DNA from: Octopus vulgaris
Taxonomy: Eukaryota
Direction: 5' to 3'
Length of the DNA stretch: 64,000 nt
NCBI GenBank assembly: GCA_951406725.2
Contig: OX597836.1
Location: forward strand, 18,662,001 to 18,726,000
A program made the position numbers and the translations under genes. Of this stretch, positions 1 through 13,368 are shown piece after piece (position 1 is the first letter of the stretch; every line of letters starts with the position of its first letter). The notes beneath the pieces were generated by a model. It worked only from the letters and a program-made list of their open reading frames with translations. It was not told where the DNA came from and did not search any database.

Positions 1-160
1 AGTAGTAGTAGTAGCAGTAGCAGCAGTAGCAGTAGTAGTAGTAGTAGTAGTAGTTGTAGTAGTAGTAGTTATTATCGTTGGTGGTGTTGTAGCAGTTATT
101 TTTCACGTACTTGTTACTGATTTTAATCTCACAGTTCTTTGTGACTGTCGTGTTTCTCGC

Positions 161-202
<42 letters not shown>

Positions 203-241
203 CAGCAGCAGTAGCAGCAGTGGCAGCAGCAGCAGCAGTAA

Positions 242-298
<57 letters not shown>

Positions 299-306
299 CA
301 GCAGTG

Positions 307-371
<65 letters not shown>

Positions 372-430
372 CGTTGTTGTTGTTGTTGGTGGTGGTGGTG
401 GTGGTGCTGGTGGTTGTGGTGCGATCATTA
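1..430. repeat. (TAG/CAG)n and (TGG/TGT)n trinucleotide microsatellite tracts
   Basis: Direct reading; the poly-S/V/T ORFs here are repeat translations. Confidence 0.95.
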
Positions 431-629
431 TTGATAATATAGTTAATGTCATTAACGGTGATATCTCAATCAGTTTTGGACTTTAAGTAGATTCATCAAC
501 TGAAAAAAAAAAGGTGCATCACAACGTTTCGTTCCTTCTTTTATTTAGCCCTTCCCTCTTCCTCCTCCCCTTCTTCTCTCCCTCTCATTCTTTTATCAAA
601 ATTTCTTTCTCTAACTCTCAGTATCTTCA

Positions 630-1071
630 CTTTCTCTCTCTCTCTCTCTCCTATCTTCTATCTCTCTCTCTTTCTCTCGCTCTTTCTCTCTCTCTCTCCC
701 CTATCTTTTCTCTCTCTCTCTTCTCTCGCTCTTTCTCTCTCTCTCCCCTATCTTCTCTCTCTTTCTCTCCCTCTTTCTCTCTCTCTCTCTCTGTCTCTCA
801 TACACACACACACAGAGTTTCGATCTCTCTCAAAATCTACTCTTCCCGGTCTCTCCCTCTAATTTTACTCCTTATCACACGTGCTCTACTCTCTTTTCTC
901 TCTCTCTTTTTGTCTGTCTGTCTCTCTCTCTCTCTCACACACACACACGCACACACACACACACACACACACATTTTCGATCTCTCTCAAAATCTACTCT
1001 TCACGGTCTGTCTCTAATTCTGCTCCTTATCACACGCGATCTACTGGTCTCTCTCTCTCTCTCTCTCAGTC

Positions 1072-1120
<49 letters not shown>

Positions 1121-1350
1121 TTCTATCCCGCATCACTACTCTCACGGTCTCTCTCTGCAACTCTCCTCCTTGTCACACTCATTTTATCCTCTCTTTCTGT
1201 TTCCCTCTCTCTATATCTATCTATCTATCTATCTATCTATCTCTGTCTCTCATTCTCTCTCAATCTTCTGCCGTCCTTATCCCTCTCAGTCTTTCTCCCA
1301 ACTACTATCCCCTCATCACTTACCTCACGGTCTCTCTCTCTCTCTCTTTC
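630..1350. repeat. CT-rich microsatellite region containing a degenerate ~155-bp tandem duplication
   Basis: ttcgatctctctcaaaatctactctt...ctccttatcacacg at ~819 and ~976; more degenerate tatccc.catcact..ctcacggtctctc units at ~1123 and ~1306. Confidence 0.85.
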
Positions 1351-1600
1351 CTCCTTTTTAAATTATACACGCTATTTCAACAAGCCATAGATGTTATAAT
1401 ATCGCGTCGTCAGCTATTCATCACCGAATCATTTCCACACTTCGCTCTTCTGTATTAAAGAGAAAAAAATTAATCCAACAAAAAAGAGATTAAAATAAGT
1501 GACAAGCAAAAAGAATAAGAAAAATTTTGTATAACAATATAATCAAAATTCAAAATTCAATATATTTTTTATTAAATCATAACTTCGCCAAATGTAATCA

Positions 1601-1770
<170 letters not shown>

Positions 1771-1857
1771 GTATGTATGGGTATGTTTATGCATACAGAG
1801 GGAAAAGTTTGTGAATACATAAAAATATATTTATACACACGCGAAGTTAACTACTCT

Positions 1858-1909
<52 letters not shown>

Positions 1910-2084
1910 CAAATATATATATACACATAAATACTCACACACACACTCACACACACACACATGTATATATGAATGTGTGTGTGTGCGTGTGTATGATATA
2001 GAGAAACAGCTATATTCAATGTTTTACAGAACAAACATGCATGCAATACTTTCTATAAACAGAGGTATAATCACGAATAGATGG

Positions 2085-2116
<32 letters not shown>

Positions 2117-2595
2117 GCTTGCCTACAAAGGAGCATACATACAAATATACATATATGGATACAGATACAAACACAAACGCACACACACATATATATATAT
2201 ATAAACACCATTGCACACAAAACCATTCAGACATACCTATTTATGCATGTGTGTATATATATATATATACACACATGCATAAATACATACACATACTTAC
2301 ACACTACTTACATATGCACACATATAAACGCGCACATACATACTGTGTACGGACATCCATACATACACATTTGCACACACCCATATATATATATACACAG
2401 AGACATATTTGCAAACAGAAGTGCATCCTTATGTACAGACATACATAGTATTACATAACATATCTTCCACAAATGATTCGATGTATATCAATAGAGACAG
2501 TTTAGCAAGGCCTTCACCTCCACAACCGCCTTCCTATTTCGATGTTTGCTTATTATCTTTACTTCCAAAAAAAAAGAAAAAAGGGATTGGTTGCA

Positions 2596-2992
2596 TCTCT
2601 CTCTATATAAACGGCAGTTTGTCTGTCTGCGTGTCTGTGTGTCTGTTAGGTTGTACCCTCACCCTGACCATGGCTTTCAACCGATTCTGATGAAACTTGG
2701 CACACACATAGCCCAATGTCATAATTCAAAACTAACGCAGCGAAAATTTAGAAAAGTTCCCCCAGTTCTGAAAAAAATCGATAAATTCGACATGGGGTCG
2801 AGAATCAGAAACACAAACCACAGACTGTCTAGGGGATGCAACTCGACCTTTTTAACTCTCAAAAAAAATTACCATCATTTTTTCCCATTTTTAATGCATT
2901 TTTTTGCTATTATATAAGGGAAGTAACTCTCTAAAAATGCTTATATAGTTATTTCCCTTACAAACCCCAGCAACGCCGGGCGATACTGCTAG
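2596..2992 (+). mobile_element. Non-autonomous Helitron (family H1)
   Basis: A|TC 5' end (tctctctctatataaa), 3' GC hairpin ccccagcaacgccggg followed by CTAG|T at 2989-2993, no TSD; second copy at 13369-13742. Confidence 0.88.
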
Positions 2993-3276
2993 TACTATAT
3001 ATTTGGGGGCTCAAATTCCAGAGTGGTGCTAGTAACAGACTTAATTTTCGACAATGCGTGTCTTTGCCCTTTCAGCTTTACTCGTACTGCAGTATTAGTT
3101 ATTATCTTTGCAGCGTATCCACATGTCAAAGGCCCCTGCCTTTTGCTGCGTACACTGTCCAAGTGTCTGCGGTCGTAGAAGACAATTAGCATAATATAAC
3201 AACTTGCTAACCTCCATTTTAGATGCGGCTCTATGTATTTTGAAGTGATGATCTTTATCATTCTTCTAACTGTTGT

Positions 3277-3812
3277 TTATCTTTTATTTGTTTCAGTAAC
3301 TAGCAGTATCGCCCAGCGTTGCTCGGGTTTGTTTTGAGCCTTTAGAATTGAAATTTTTGAGAAGTAAAAATGTTGCATTATGTAGCTTGTTATTCTCTTC
3401 AAGTGAACATTTTTCTGGTTGAAATACATCGCAAAATGGCGACACAGCAGTCAAAAAATCGTAAAAAATAGGGATTTTCATAGAAAAAAAAAATAAGCAT
3501 CATTTAAAAAATAAAATATGTAAAAAAATAAATAATCTTTAGTGTTGACATGATCTGATTTTAATTTTTTCTTCTACGGAAGGAAGAGCAAGCCTTCTTC
3601 TATCACACTCTCAATTTTGGTCAACTTGTGCCGCAGGGTCTCGGAGGAGAAAATGTTAGATGAAGGCTACCAAACCTGCTATACAGAGACAACTTCAGCT
3701 TTATATATAGAGATATATTTGGCTGCGGCCATGCTGAGGCACGGACTTGAAGGATTTTTTTCCAACAAATCTACCTTGTCCTTATATTTTTAATGCCTAG
3801 TATTTATTCCAT
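3277..3812 (-). mobile_element. 3' fragment of SINE family B, split by a Helitron insertion
   Basis: cttttatttgtttcagt (3281-3297) resumes as atttggctgcggccatgctg at ~3717, matching the B 3' end on the minus strand. Confidence 0.65.
3300..3713 (-). mobile_element. Non-autonomous Helitron (family H2; same termini as H1, different interior)
   Basis: Minus strand starts A|TCTCTATATATAAAG and ends cccgagcaacgctgggcgatactg CTAG|T. Confidence 0.85.
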
Positions 3813-4390
3813 CGGCGGATTTGAACTCAGAACGTAACGACAGACGAAATACCTATTTCTTTACTACCCACAAGGGGCTAAACACAGAGGGGACAAACAA
3901 GGACAGACAAACGGATTAAGTCGATTAAGTCGACCCCAGTGCGTAATTGGTCCTTAATTTATCGACCCCCGAAAGGATGAAAGGCAAAGTCGACCTCGGC
4001 GGAATTTGAACTCAGAACGTAGCAGCAGACGAAATACCTATTTCTTTATTACCCACAAGGGGCTAAACACAGTCGTTCTCTCCCTCTCTCTCCTAACCCC
4101 TTTCCCACACTCTCTCCCTCTCTCTCCCACTCTCTTTCTCTCTTTCTCTCCATCCCCCCTATCTCTCTCACACACATATATACTAAACATAGAGGGGACA
4201 AACAAGGACAGACATAGATATTAAGTCGATTACATCGACCCCAGTGCGTAACTGGTCCTTAATTTATCGACCCCGAAAGGATGAAAGGCAAAGTCGACCT
4301 TGGCGGAATTTGAACTCAGAACGTAACGGCAGACGAAATACGGCTACGCATTTCGCCCGGCGTGCTAACATATCTGCCGGCTCACCGTCT
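3813..4390 (-). mobile_element. SINE family D (tRNA head plus Meta-domain-like core), head-to-tail multimer of ~2.2 units
   Basis: Core gtcgactttgcctttcatcctttcggggtcgataaattaag resembles the MetaSINE domain; units at ~185-bp period joined at ggtatttcgtctg. Confidence 0.85.
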
Positions 4391-4523
4391 TTTCGGTGTT
4401 TCTAATAACCATTGCCTTTGCGTTCTGTGCGGTTGAATTTGAGGCTTTTGGTCCCCATGCTCTTTACAACATCAACGGCTTCTTGTAATTTCTCATCGTT
4501 TTCCATCAATAAACATCTGCAAT

Positions 4524-4848
4524 TTTAAAGACTCCGCCGGTTACGACGACGAGGGTCCCAGCTGATACAATCAACGGAACAGCTTGCTCGTGAAATTAAC
4601 GTGCAAATGGCTGAGCATTCCACAGACACGTGTACCCTTAACGTAGTTCTCGGGGATAATCAGCGTGACACAGAGAGTGACAAGGCTGACCTTTTGAAAT
4701 ACAAGTACAACTCATTTTTGCCAGCTGAGTGGACTGGAGCAACGTGAAATAAAGTGTCTTGCTCAAGGACACAACGCGTCGCCGGGAATCGAACTCACAA
4801 CCTTACGATCATGAGCCGAATGCCCTAACCACTCAGCCACGCGCCCTC
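4524..4848 (-). mobile_element. tRNA-derived SINE with CORE-like body and family-A 3' tail
   Basis: Pol III A/B boxes (tggctgagtgg, gttcgattcc), tgtgtccttgagcaagacacttt CORE-like motif; perfect 13-bp TSD aaacatctgcaat (4511-4523, 4849-4861). Confidence 0.9.
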
Positions 4849-5497
4849 AAACATCTGCAATAACAAACAACAACAACATACAGCAAATAACTCACATCTC
4901 ACAACATCACTAGCAACATACACACACACACATGCACACACACACATGTACTCTCTCACATGCACTCGCCACTACATGCCTCTCTAATTATTCAAAAATT
5001 ACATCAACGTTTCAAACATGATTTTTACACTAGTTAATGATTTTTTTTTCTATACCCACCAGAATATTTTTTATATGATATTTACTTTTCTGTTATTGAT
5101 ACAGCTAGTTGTATAATAATTATGTTACTTTCGAGATTAAAAAAAAAAAAAAAATCGATTTCATAAAATATTCTATCACTTTTAATTTTAATTACCTTCA
5201 ACCCCGCAATTATGCATTCCTCAACAGATATAGATCATAGGTTTCCGTACCGGGGGAAATTTAACTTACATAGTCTTCTGATTCGATTTAAATACTTCTG
5301 CTGTTCGGAATTCCTACTGTCTTTTAATTCTAATTCGTATCGATAATCGTGAGCTCTTTGATCAGCGTTCGATATTTCTCCGCTACAAATACATCATTAT
5401 TTCACGTTTAGATTCTTTTAACTTCTATTTATAAATCATTACTACTTACGTTTATATCTAAATTTACTGCCATTTATTTATCTATCTTTACATCTTT

Positions 5498-5529
<32 letters not shown>

Positions 5530-5637
5530 TGTATGTATGTATGTATGCATGTATGTATGTATTATCCATCCCAAAAGTAAAGACAACACCCATGTATACA
5601 TGTATAAACATATTTATATACATACATTCATGCATAC

Positions 5638-5704
<67 letters not shown>

Positions 5705-6026
5705 CATATATACATAATACATATATATATATAAATACATGGTGGCTGTCCCCTCGTTATCGAGTATGGCCATTGCACGAAGCTTAATCAATGTTGTTAT
5801 CGTGCAATGTCTGTGCAAGAAGATTTTTTTAAAGTGAGGAAAGGCTGTGCCCTGAGTCAATCCCACTCACTAAGCAACAGCAGCCATAATCCGAAAAGAA
5901 GAACAAGTCAACATCATCGGTAACCACTGAGCCGCAGGTTTTATGACGGAGTTATCCCAGTTTCCTGAGTTACTTTCTCCTAGAAGGATGCCCTAACAAA
6001 CACTAGGAGTCCTTCACTCCCAATGG

Positions 6027-6058
<32 letters not shown>

Positions 6059-6351
6059 CATACATACATACATACATACATACATACACATATATGTAAT
6101 GAGGAGTATCTGTTTATTTTTAAGATGTCTATATACACGAGTGTGCATATGTTGTGTATGAACATTCATCTTAGTCAGCACTAAATATTTATCTTCTAGC
6201 TTTTTAAGCCAGGCACTAAACGAGTGATTAATCACCAATGCTTCGGAAATGCAGATTCCTTACGTTATAAATATACGTACTGACAGCTTCCTAACTGGAA
6301 AACGTCACATGATTTTGCATTTTAAATTAATTCAACTACAATTCCTATCCC

Positions 6352-6463
6352 TTGTCATTTGACTTAATCTAGTGCCCCCTCTTGCCGAACCGCTAGGTTA
6401 CGGGGATGGAAAAGCACATCAACGTCGGTTGTCAAGTGATGGTGGGGAACAAACGCAGAAACA

Positions 6464-6480
<17 letters not shown>
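6352..6480 (-). mobile_element. SINE family B partial copy
   Basis: ttgccgaaccgctaggttacgggga...cggttgtcaag matches B interior. Confidence 0.75.
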
Positions 6481-6557
<77 letters not shown>

Positions 6558-6562
<5 letters not shown>

Positions 6563-6757
6563 AGATCGTTAGCCACTACACGCATTATTTTCTCTCCTTC
6601 TTACTCTCTTTGTTTTTTTCTGTGTCCCTTTCTGTAGAAGAGCGTAGGCTCGAAACGTAAAAGACTTTTTCTATTCCTGAGCGTTATACTAATACATCTG
6701 TTTGTTTTGTACACCACCTGTTTTCGTCTTTTGTTGTTTTTTTTCGTAAATTCTCCC
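6558..6757 (+). mobile_element. Family E: ~200-bp hammerhead-bearing element (Penelope-like pLTR or retrozyme-like), next to (TA)n
   Basis: Same ~200-bp unit occurs 8 times in the window; contains cttt-CTGTAGA-a-gagc gtag gctc-GAA-ACGT-A-aaag at 6628-6663. Confidence 0.75.
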
Positions 6758-7189
6758 AATACATATATAATACGACGAGCTTCTTTCAGTTTCTATGTAT
6801 GAGTATTTTCTATGTTTGTGTATTTTCTGTGTATGTTTGCATGTATGTAAGATACATATAGATATGAAAATAAACAGATCAACATGCAGAAAGATAGGTA
6901 CACAGGTTATGTGAACAGACAAGCACACATACGCGAATGGAGACTGAAACACATGACCATATATATACATACACACTTTACTCCACACAATGACACATAT
7001 GGAGACACGGGTCCACACATATAGAGATGCACATCCATAATACAAACATGGTACATAGTTGCAAAACACACACACAAACACACAGACATGCATACACAAG
7101 GAGACAGAGGTGCATACATATACAAACACACGCTCACACACACATACATAGAAAATACACAAACACAGACATGCAAGCACATGAATATA

Positions 7190-7740
7190 CAGAATACATA
7201 CATACAGATGCACACACATACATACATATATACATATGCATACACACACATGTATACATACACACCCATGCATACATACATACATACATACATACATACA
7301 TACATGCATACATACATACATACATACAGATGCACACGCATACATATATACTTATGCATACACACACATGTATACATACACACCCATGCATACATACATA
7401 CATACATACATACACACCCATGCATACATGCATACATAAATACATACATACATACATGCATACATACATACATAGATACATACATACATACATACAGATG
7501 CACACGCATACATATATACTTATGCATACACACACATGTATACATACACACCCATGCATACATACATACATACATACATACATACATACACACCCATGCA
7601 TACATGCATGCATACATACATACATACATACATACAGATGCACACACATACATATATACTTATGCATACACACACATGTATACATACACACCAATGCATA
7701 CATACATACGCACATAAATGCATACGTACATGCATGCATG
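7190..7740. repeat. Higher-order minisatellite built from (ATAC)n/(CA)n
   Basis: Unit cagatgcacac.catacatatatac.tatgcatacacacacatgtatacatacacacc recurs at ~7205, 7327, 7495, 7635. Confidence 0.85.
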
Positions 7741-7869
7741 CATAGGCACACACACACACACACACACTGACCCACACACATGCGCACAAACAAACAAAAA
7801 GGAACGCAGTGTAAATAACGGACAGAGTCAAGACAAATCGTTACATGCTCTGATCTTCAATTTTTACAA

Positions 7870-9300
7870 ATGTCAATGTAATTCATAATTACTTTGTTGT
7901 CGATCTGAAGAATTATACTAAAAGGGTTACTGATATTAATAACATGTCAGTGGAGGCGCAATGGCTCAGTGGTTAGGGCAGCGGACTCGCGGTCATAAGA
8001 TCGCGGTTTCGATTCCCAGACCGGGCATTGTGAGTGTTTATTGAGCGAAAACACCTAAAGCTCCATGAGGCTCCGGCAGAGGATGGTGGTGATCCCTGCT
8101 GTACTCTTTCACCACAACTTTCTCTCACTCTTACTTCCTGTTTCTGTTGTACCTGTATTTCAAAAGGGCCGGCCTTGTCACTCTCTGTGTCACGCTGAAT
8201 ATCCCCGAGAACTACGTTTAGGGTACACGTGTCTGTGGAGTGCTCAGCCACTTACACGTTAATTTCACGCGAGCAGGCTGTTCCGTTGATCGGATCAACC
8301 GGAACCCTCGTCGTCGTAACCGACGGAGTGCTTCCTCCAGTAACATGTTCAGCTGATATAGGCTTGGAATTTAGTCAAAAGAAATGTTCATATTTGGTTA
8401 TAGAACTAGGAAAGTCAGTCCCCCAAACACAAAACCTGTACATCAATGGTCTCTCTGTCTCCTCCGTTCCGCAAAAAGAATGTTACAAGTACCTAGGCAT
8501 AGACGAAAATGTTTCATATGAAGGCATTGTGAATAAAGATAGAGTGACCCGAGAATATTACACCAGACTTAGGAAAATATGGCACTCGGAACTCTCCTCT
8601 TACAACAAAACGATATCCCACGATGCATTTGCAATACCAGTGCTGGTCCCAACATTTGGGATGCTTGATTGGTCTGTAAAGGAAATCAACTTCATAGATA
8701 TCAAAATCCGCAAAATCCCAACAACAACTGGGAACTTCCACAGAAACAGTGATGTTGACAGACTCTACCTAAGAAGAAATGGAGGTGGTAGAAGCCTGAG
8801 ATGAGTGCAGACGGCCTTCGAATGTCGTATGGGCTCACTCAGGCTGCATCTGCTAAACAACAGCTGCAAAAATACATATATTAATGCAGTGCTGAAAAGT
8901 GTTTGGGACAGAGGGGCAAAGTTATGTACCATCATAAAGCTTTGCTGTCCTGCAGATATAAATATCTCTTTGAAAATCAAAGAAAAAGCGGGTATCTATG
9001 GACAACTGTTTCGAAACCTCCAGCTTCTATATCCAGACTATGAATTCATATTCTTACCAATAATAATTGGAACATTAGGCTTTGTTAGTAAATGCTTAAA
9101 GGAGAATCTGGATAAACTGGGATTTTCATATGAGAAATTGACCGGCTAATTCGTACATTACAAGTCCAATCTGTGAGTGGAACAGTAAAAATATGCAAGA
9201 CTTTTCTCAAGTTCCAAATGTCTGTATTAACTACATCCCATGGATGGAGCCTTGTATCTTTGTTGGAAACCGGCACCCTCAGTAGAAGATTTGTAATAAT
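7870..9300 (+). mobile_element. Decayed R4/Dong-clade (RLE-type) non-LTR retrotransposon: RT C-terminus plus restriction-like endonuclease, internally deleted
   Basis: HNYFVVDLK (degenerate YxDD region, ~7885), SADIGLEF..KC, YKYLGI, RKIWHSELSSYNK, HRNSDVDRLYLRRNGGGR, then CPADINI..KEK..Y..L and LPIIIGTLG; stops and frameshifts; CCHC knuckle region missing. Confidence 0.85.
7951..8340 (+). mobile_element. SINE family A (tRNA-derived), full length, inserted in the LINE RT
   Basis: A box tggctcagtgg, B box gtttcgattcc; TSD taacatgtcag / taacatgttcag (7940-7950, 8341-8352). Confidence 0.92.
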
Positions 9301-9311
9301 TAAAAAATAGA

Positions 9312-9690
9312 GGAGTGGCTGTCTGGTAAGTGGCTTGCTTACCAACCACATGGTTCCATGTTCAGTCCCACTGCGTGGCACCTTGGGCAAGTGTCTTCTA
9401 CTATAGCCTCGGGCCGACCAAACCCTTGTGAGTGGATTTGGTATACGGAAACTGAAAGAAGCCCGTCGTATATATATATATATATATTTGTGTATGTTTG
9501 TGTGTCTATGTTTGTCCCCCTAGCATTGCTTGACAACCGATGCTGGTGTGTTTATGTCCCCGCGGTTCGGCAAAAGAGACCGATAGAATAAGTACTGGGC
9601 TTACAAAGAATAAGTCCCGGGGTCGAGTTGCTCGACTAAAGGTGGTGCCCCAGCATGGCCGCAGTCAACTGACTGAAACAAATAAAAGAG
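9312..9690 (+). mobile_element. SINE family B (tRNA head, CORE-like ccttgggcaagt, internal TA/TG microsatellite, taaaagag tail)
   Basis: Full-length copy flanked by taaaaaataga duplication (9301-9311, 9691-9701). Confidence 0.92.
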
Positions 9691-10257
9691 TAAAAAATAG
9701 AAGAGACACATACACACATCCATGCATTCCAACTACCACCAAATCAATGTTAATGAATGCGAGACTTTAGAAGACATTTTCCCAATCACCTCTCGCCCTG
9801 AATTTAAATCGTACCCGAAAGCAAAGCGCGTATAATATGAATTTCCCCCATCAACATAACCATCATCAGATTTTCTAATTTACACGCATTTTTTCTTTCT
9901 TTCAATGTAATTTCAAGGCGAAATGATGAAACTATTAACAAAAGTTGCAAATCATTTCTACCGATAAGTGTTAGTTATTTTTTTAATGTTTACTTCTTTA
10001 TTGTTTCTTTTTTTTTTTTTCAGTATTATATCATTTAAAGTTCATTCTAATGAATAAATAAATAAATAAATATATAAGTGTCTATCACTTAAAATAAAAA
10101 AGATTCAATGAATTGTCTCTGTTTGATGTACGACGTCTGATTACATGGTGTAACCGTACACTGCTTACTGCTTGTGCGTATGTGTGTGTATATATATATA
10201 CATATATACATACATACATATGTGTGTATGCATGCGTATGTGTGTATTTATACATAA

Positions 10258-10302
<45 letters not shown>

Positions 10303-10318
10303 TCCATGCATATATATA

Positions 10319-10384
<66 letters not shown>

Positions 10385-10483
10385 ACTACATGTGTGTGTG
10401 CGTGTGTGTGAGTGTATGTATGTGCGTAAACATTATTGAAATTGAATCTTTATCTTGTGATTCGAGTTTCACCTATATGTGTA

Positions 10484-10549
<66 letters not shown>

Positions 10550-10742
10550 TGTGTGTGTAATATATACGTATACATGTATATGGTTATGCTTATGTGCATA
10601 TATGTGTGTGTTTATGCGTATACGCATGTGTGCGTGGATGAGTGGAAATATTTTTTCATTTTATTTTATTTCGTTGTTAAAGGAAGAATGCCAGCAAGCA
10701 TGACCTTTCATTAGAGCCTTACACACACACACACACATACAC

Positions 10743-10780
<38 letters not shown>

Positions 10781-10940
10781 CATTCAAAGTTATTGGTGTT
10801 TACACGAACAAAATTAGAATATTCATGACATATAGATCTGGAGATGTTCGTAAAAATATATAGTCGCTTGTTCTTAAATAAATATACATTGTAGTTTCAA
10901 GTAATGTGTGTGTATGTATATATATATATATGTATATATT

Positions 10941-11095
10941 CTTTTATTTGTTTCAGTCATTTGACTGTGGCCATGCTAAAGCACAACCTTTAGTCGAACA
11001 AATCGACCCCAGCACATATTCTTTGTAATCCTAGTACTTATTCTGTGGGTATGTAAACATACATCGGTTGTCAAGCTAACAGACACACAAACATA
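10941..11095 (-). mobile_element. SINE family B 3' half
   Basis: gtttcagtcatttgactgtggccatgct...gtcgaacaaatcgacccc. Confidence 0.85.
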
Positions 11096-11150
11096 TGCAC
11101 CCACGCACACACACATATATATATATATATACATATATATATATTTATAC

Positions 11151-11570
11151 GAGTGGCTGTGTTGTACGTAGCTTGCTTACCAACCATATGGTTTCGGGTT
11201 AGTCCGACTGCGTGGCACATATATATATAATGTGTCTTCTACTATAGCCTCGGGCCGACTAAAGCCTTGTGAGTGGATTTGGTACACGGAAACTGAAGGA
11301 ATCCCGTCGTATATATATATATATATATATGCGCATGTGTGTACGTGTGTGTGCGCATATGTTTGTGTGTCTGTGTTTACTTCCCAACATTGCTTGACAA
11401 CTTATGCTAGTGTGTTTCCGTGCTTGCAACTAGCGGTTCGGTAAAAGGGTCCGGTAGAATAAGTACTAGGCTTACAAAAGATAAGTCTTGGGGTCGATTT
11501 GCTCGGCTAAAGGCGGTGCTCCAGCATGGCGGCACTCAAATGACACAGACAAATAAAGAATAAAAGAATA
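11151..11570 (+). mobile_element. SINE family B, near full length; CORE motif replaced by a short (TA)n
   Basis: Alignment by eye to the 9312 copy. Confidence 0.88.
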
Positions 11571-11602
11571 CATATAAATACATACATACATACATACATA
11601 CA

Positions 11603-11638
<36 letters not shown>

Positions 11639-12615
11639 TATGTGTGTGTGTGTATGTATTTAAGCTTATAGCAATCATTTTAAAAGTTCAACTGGTTTTT
11701 AATGTGTTGGCGGCATATATGGGTTTCTTGTGCAAAACTTGTAGGAGCATAACTCATATAAAATATTAAAGGTGAGATAGTACCCTCGAGGGCAGTACAC
11801 TATTTACGTATGAGGCGAATGGGATAAACCGATTCCTATATGGAAATTATTGTGGAAAAAATGTCACAACGCTGTAGGTTTAAGAGTATAATTGCATCAG
11901 GCGTGTCTACATATTTTAAGCGTTATAAATGTTGAGGCTGATACAGAGTATATGGTTGTTTCAGGGGAATTATTAAGCGTTGGAACAATCTGCCGTATGG
12001 AAATGAGCATGAAGAAATAAAGATTTGGAAATATCCGAAGGCGTGTAGTTATAAATATCAGATGCATCTGTTCATAGATTTAAATGGAAGAGGAATATAT
12101 TAATGGAATGTGTGATTGATTTTTGTAAATAGTTAAATATTGTTGTTTGTATTACGTGGTTCCAAAAGGTTCTCGCGTCATTTAGTGAACATTTCAGATC
12201 TGATATTTGTAGATTAATTCATTTTCACGAGTTTAAGGCTCTTCTCAGCTGTTATACCGCGTGAAAAATTATGGCACATTTCTGTTTTGTCTGGAGAGGA
12301 TCTCATGGATCATCTACTTTATCTTGACGTAGAATTTTATATCAAACTCCAGACATTATTGGATATTTTTCTGTAATTTATTTTCTCTGTATTTCTAAAA
12401 GTTGAAAAGGATGGAAATATCGTTCTTTAAATTAACCTTCCAGCATATTATTTACGTATAATGTTTGGGTTTAGTTTAGTGAAAGTAACCTCCGATTCAT
12501 ATATAAACGTTTCAGGATTGTATGATTGGTTAAGGGATATAAATTTCTGTTTCTTGCATGTCCAGTTAGTTTCTGTTAACTTAGTTGGTTGTCATACCAT
12601 CAAGCTTTACGTACA

Positions 12616-12835
12616 GGCAGAAACGTTAGCACGATGGGCGAAATGCGTAGCCGTATGTCGTCTGCCGTTACGTTCTGAGTTCAAATTCCGCCGAGGTCGA
12701 CTTTGCCTTTCATCCTTTCGGGGTCGATAAATTAAGTACCAGTTACGCACTGGGGTCGATGTAATCGACTTAATCCGTTTATCTGTCCTTGTTTGTCCCT
12801 TCTGTGTTTGACCCCTTGTGGGTAGTAAAGAAATA
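12616..12835 (+). mobile_element. SINE family D
   Basis: ggcagaaacgttagcacg...gagttcaaattccgccgaggtcgactttgcc...gtaaagaaata. Confidence 0.9.
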
Positions 12836-13368
12836 AGTACAACTCTTACACAGTTTAAGGTTGTTTCACTTAAATAGATTTCAGTATAGATGGTTAACTA
12901 GGAAATGCATTTTTTTTCTTTTAAAACTTCTATAGGGGTGGGAACACCTTCACTTCGTTCCCCTCCCTTTTAATCATTTCCTTGAATTTACTTAATTCCT
13001 CCAGCCTCGTATCTTCGCTTTTTTTCTTTCGTCGCCTCTGCATAATTCTTTGTCGTCATTACTTCATCAATTTTCTTCAAGATTCTAACCAAATCTTCCT
13101 CAGACGACGTAAAGTCTGAAGAAGAATAATTCAAATTTTCACAACTCGTCACACGACGCCCCTCCATTAAACAAGAGCGAAAACGTCGCACCGCTAAGAC
13201 AACAAAAACACGTGTGTTACAAACAAAGACATCAGTTGAACTAATCAATAAGATAAACCGGAAGCAAACTTATTAGCACACAGCCAATCCTGCACCTATG
13301 TGTATAATTATATTTCTATATGAATGTTTGTATGTGTATGTATATACGGATATAGGCGATTGTATATA

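Noticed and set aside
2686-2700. CTGATGA followed by aac in Helitron H1 as a hammerhead core
   Set aside because: No stem II between CUGAUGA and GAAA and no stem I; it is a common Helitron-interior motif.
5740-6030. Possible RTE-type 3' end or SINE
   Set aside because: Single copy, no Pol III boxes or TSD that I could identify.
7190-7740. CRISPR-like repeat-spacer array
   Set aside because: Eukaryotic context; spacers are (ATAC)n tracts, not unique sequence; no cas genes.
7951-8030. tRNA gene
   Set aside because: The tRNA-like head continues into a SINE body with a TSD; no intact cloverleaf or terminator.
8229-8804. 191-aa ORF as a functional gene
   Set aside because: Chance in-frame fusion of a SINE A tail to a decayed LINE RT; the catalytic region is disrupted and cut off by the SINE.
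11690-13270. Long non-repetitive stretch as a decayed transposase or retroelement (WYDN, TDASD, acidic SSSDFTSSEED hints)
   Set aside because: Motifs are short, in inconsistent frames and order; needs tBLASTn or HMM search to assign.
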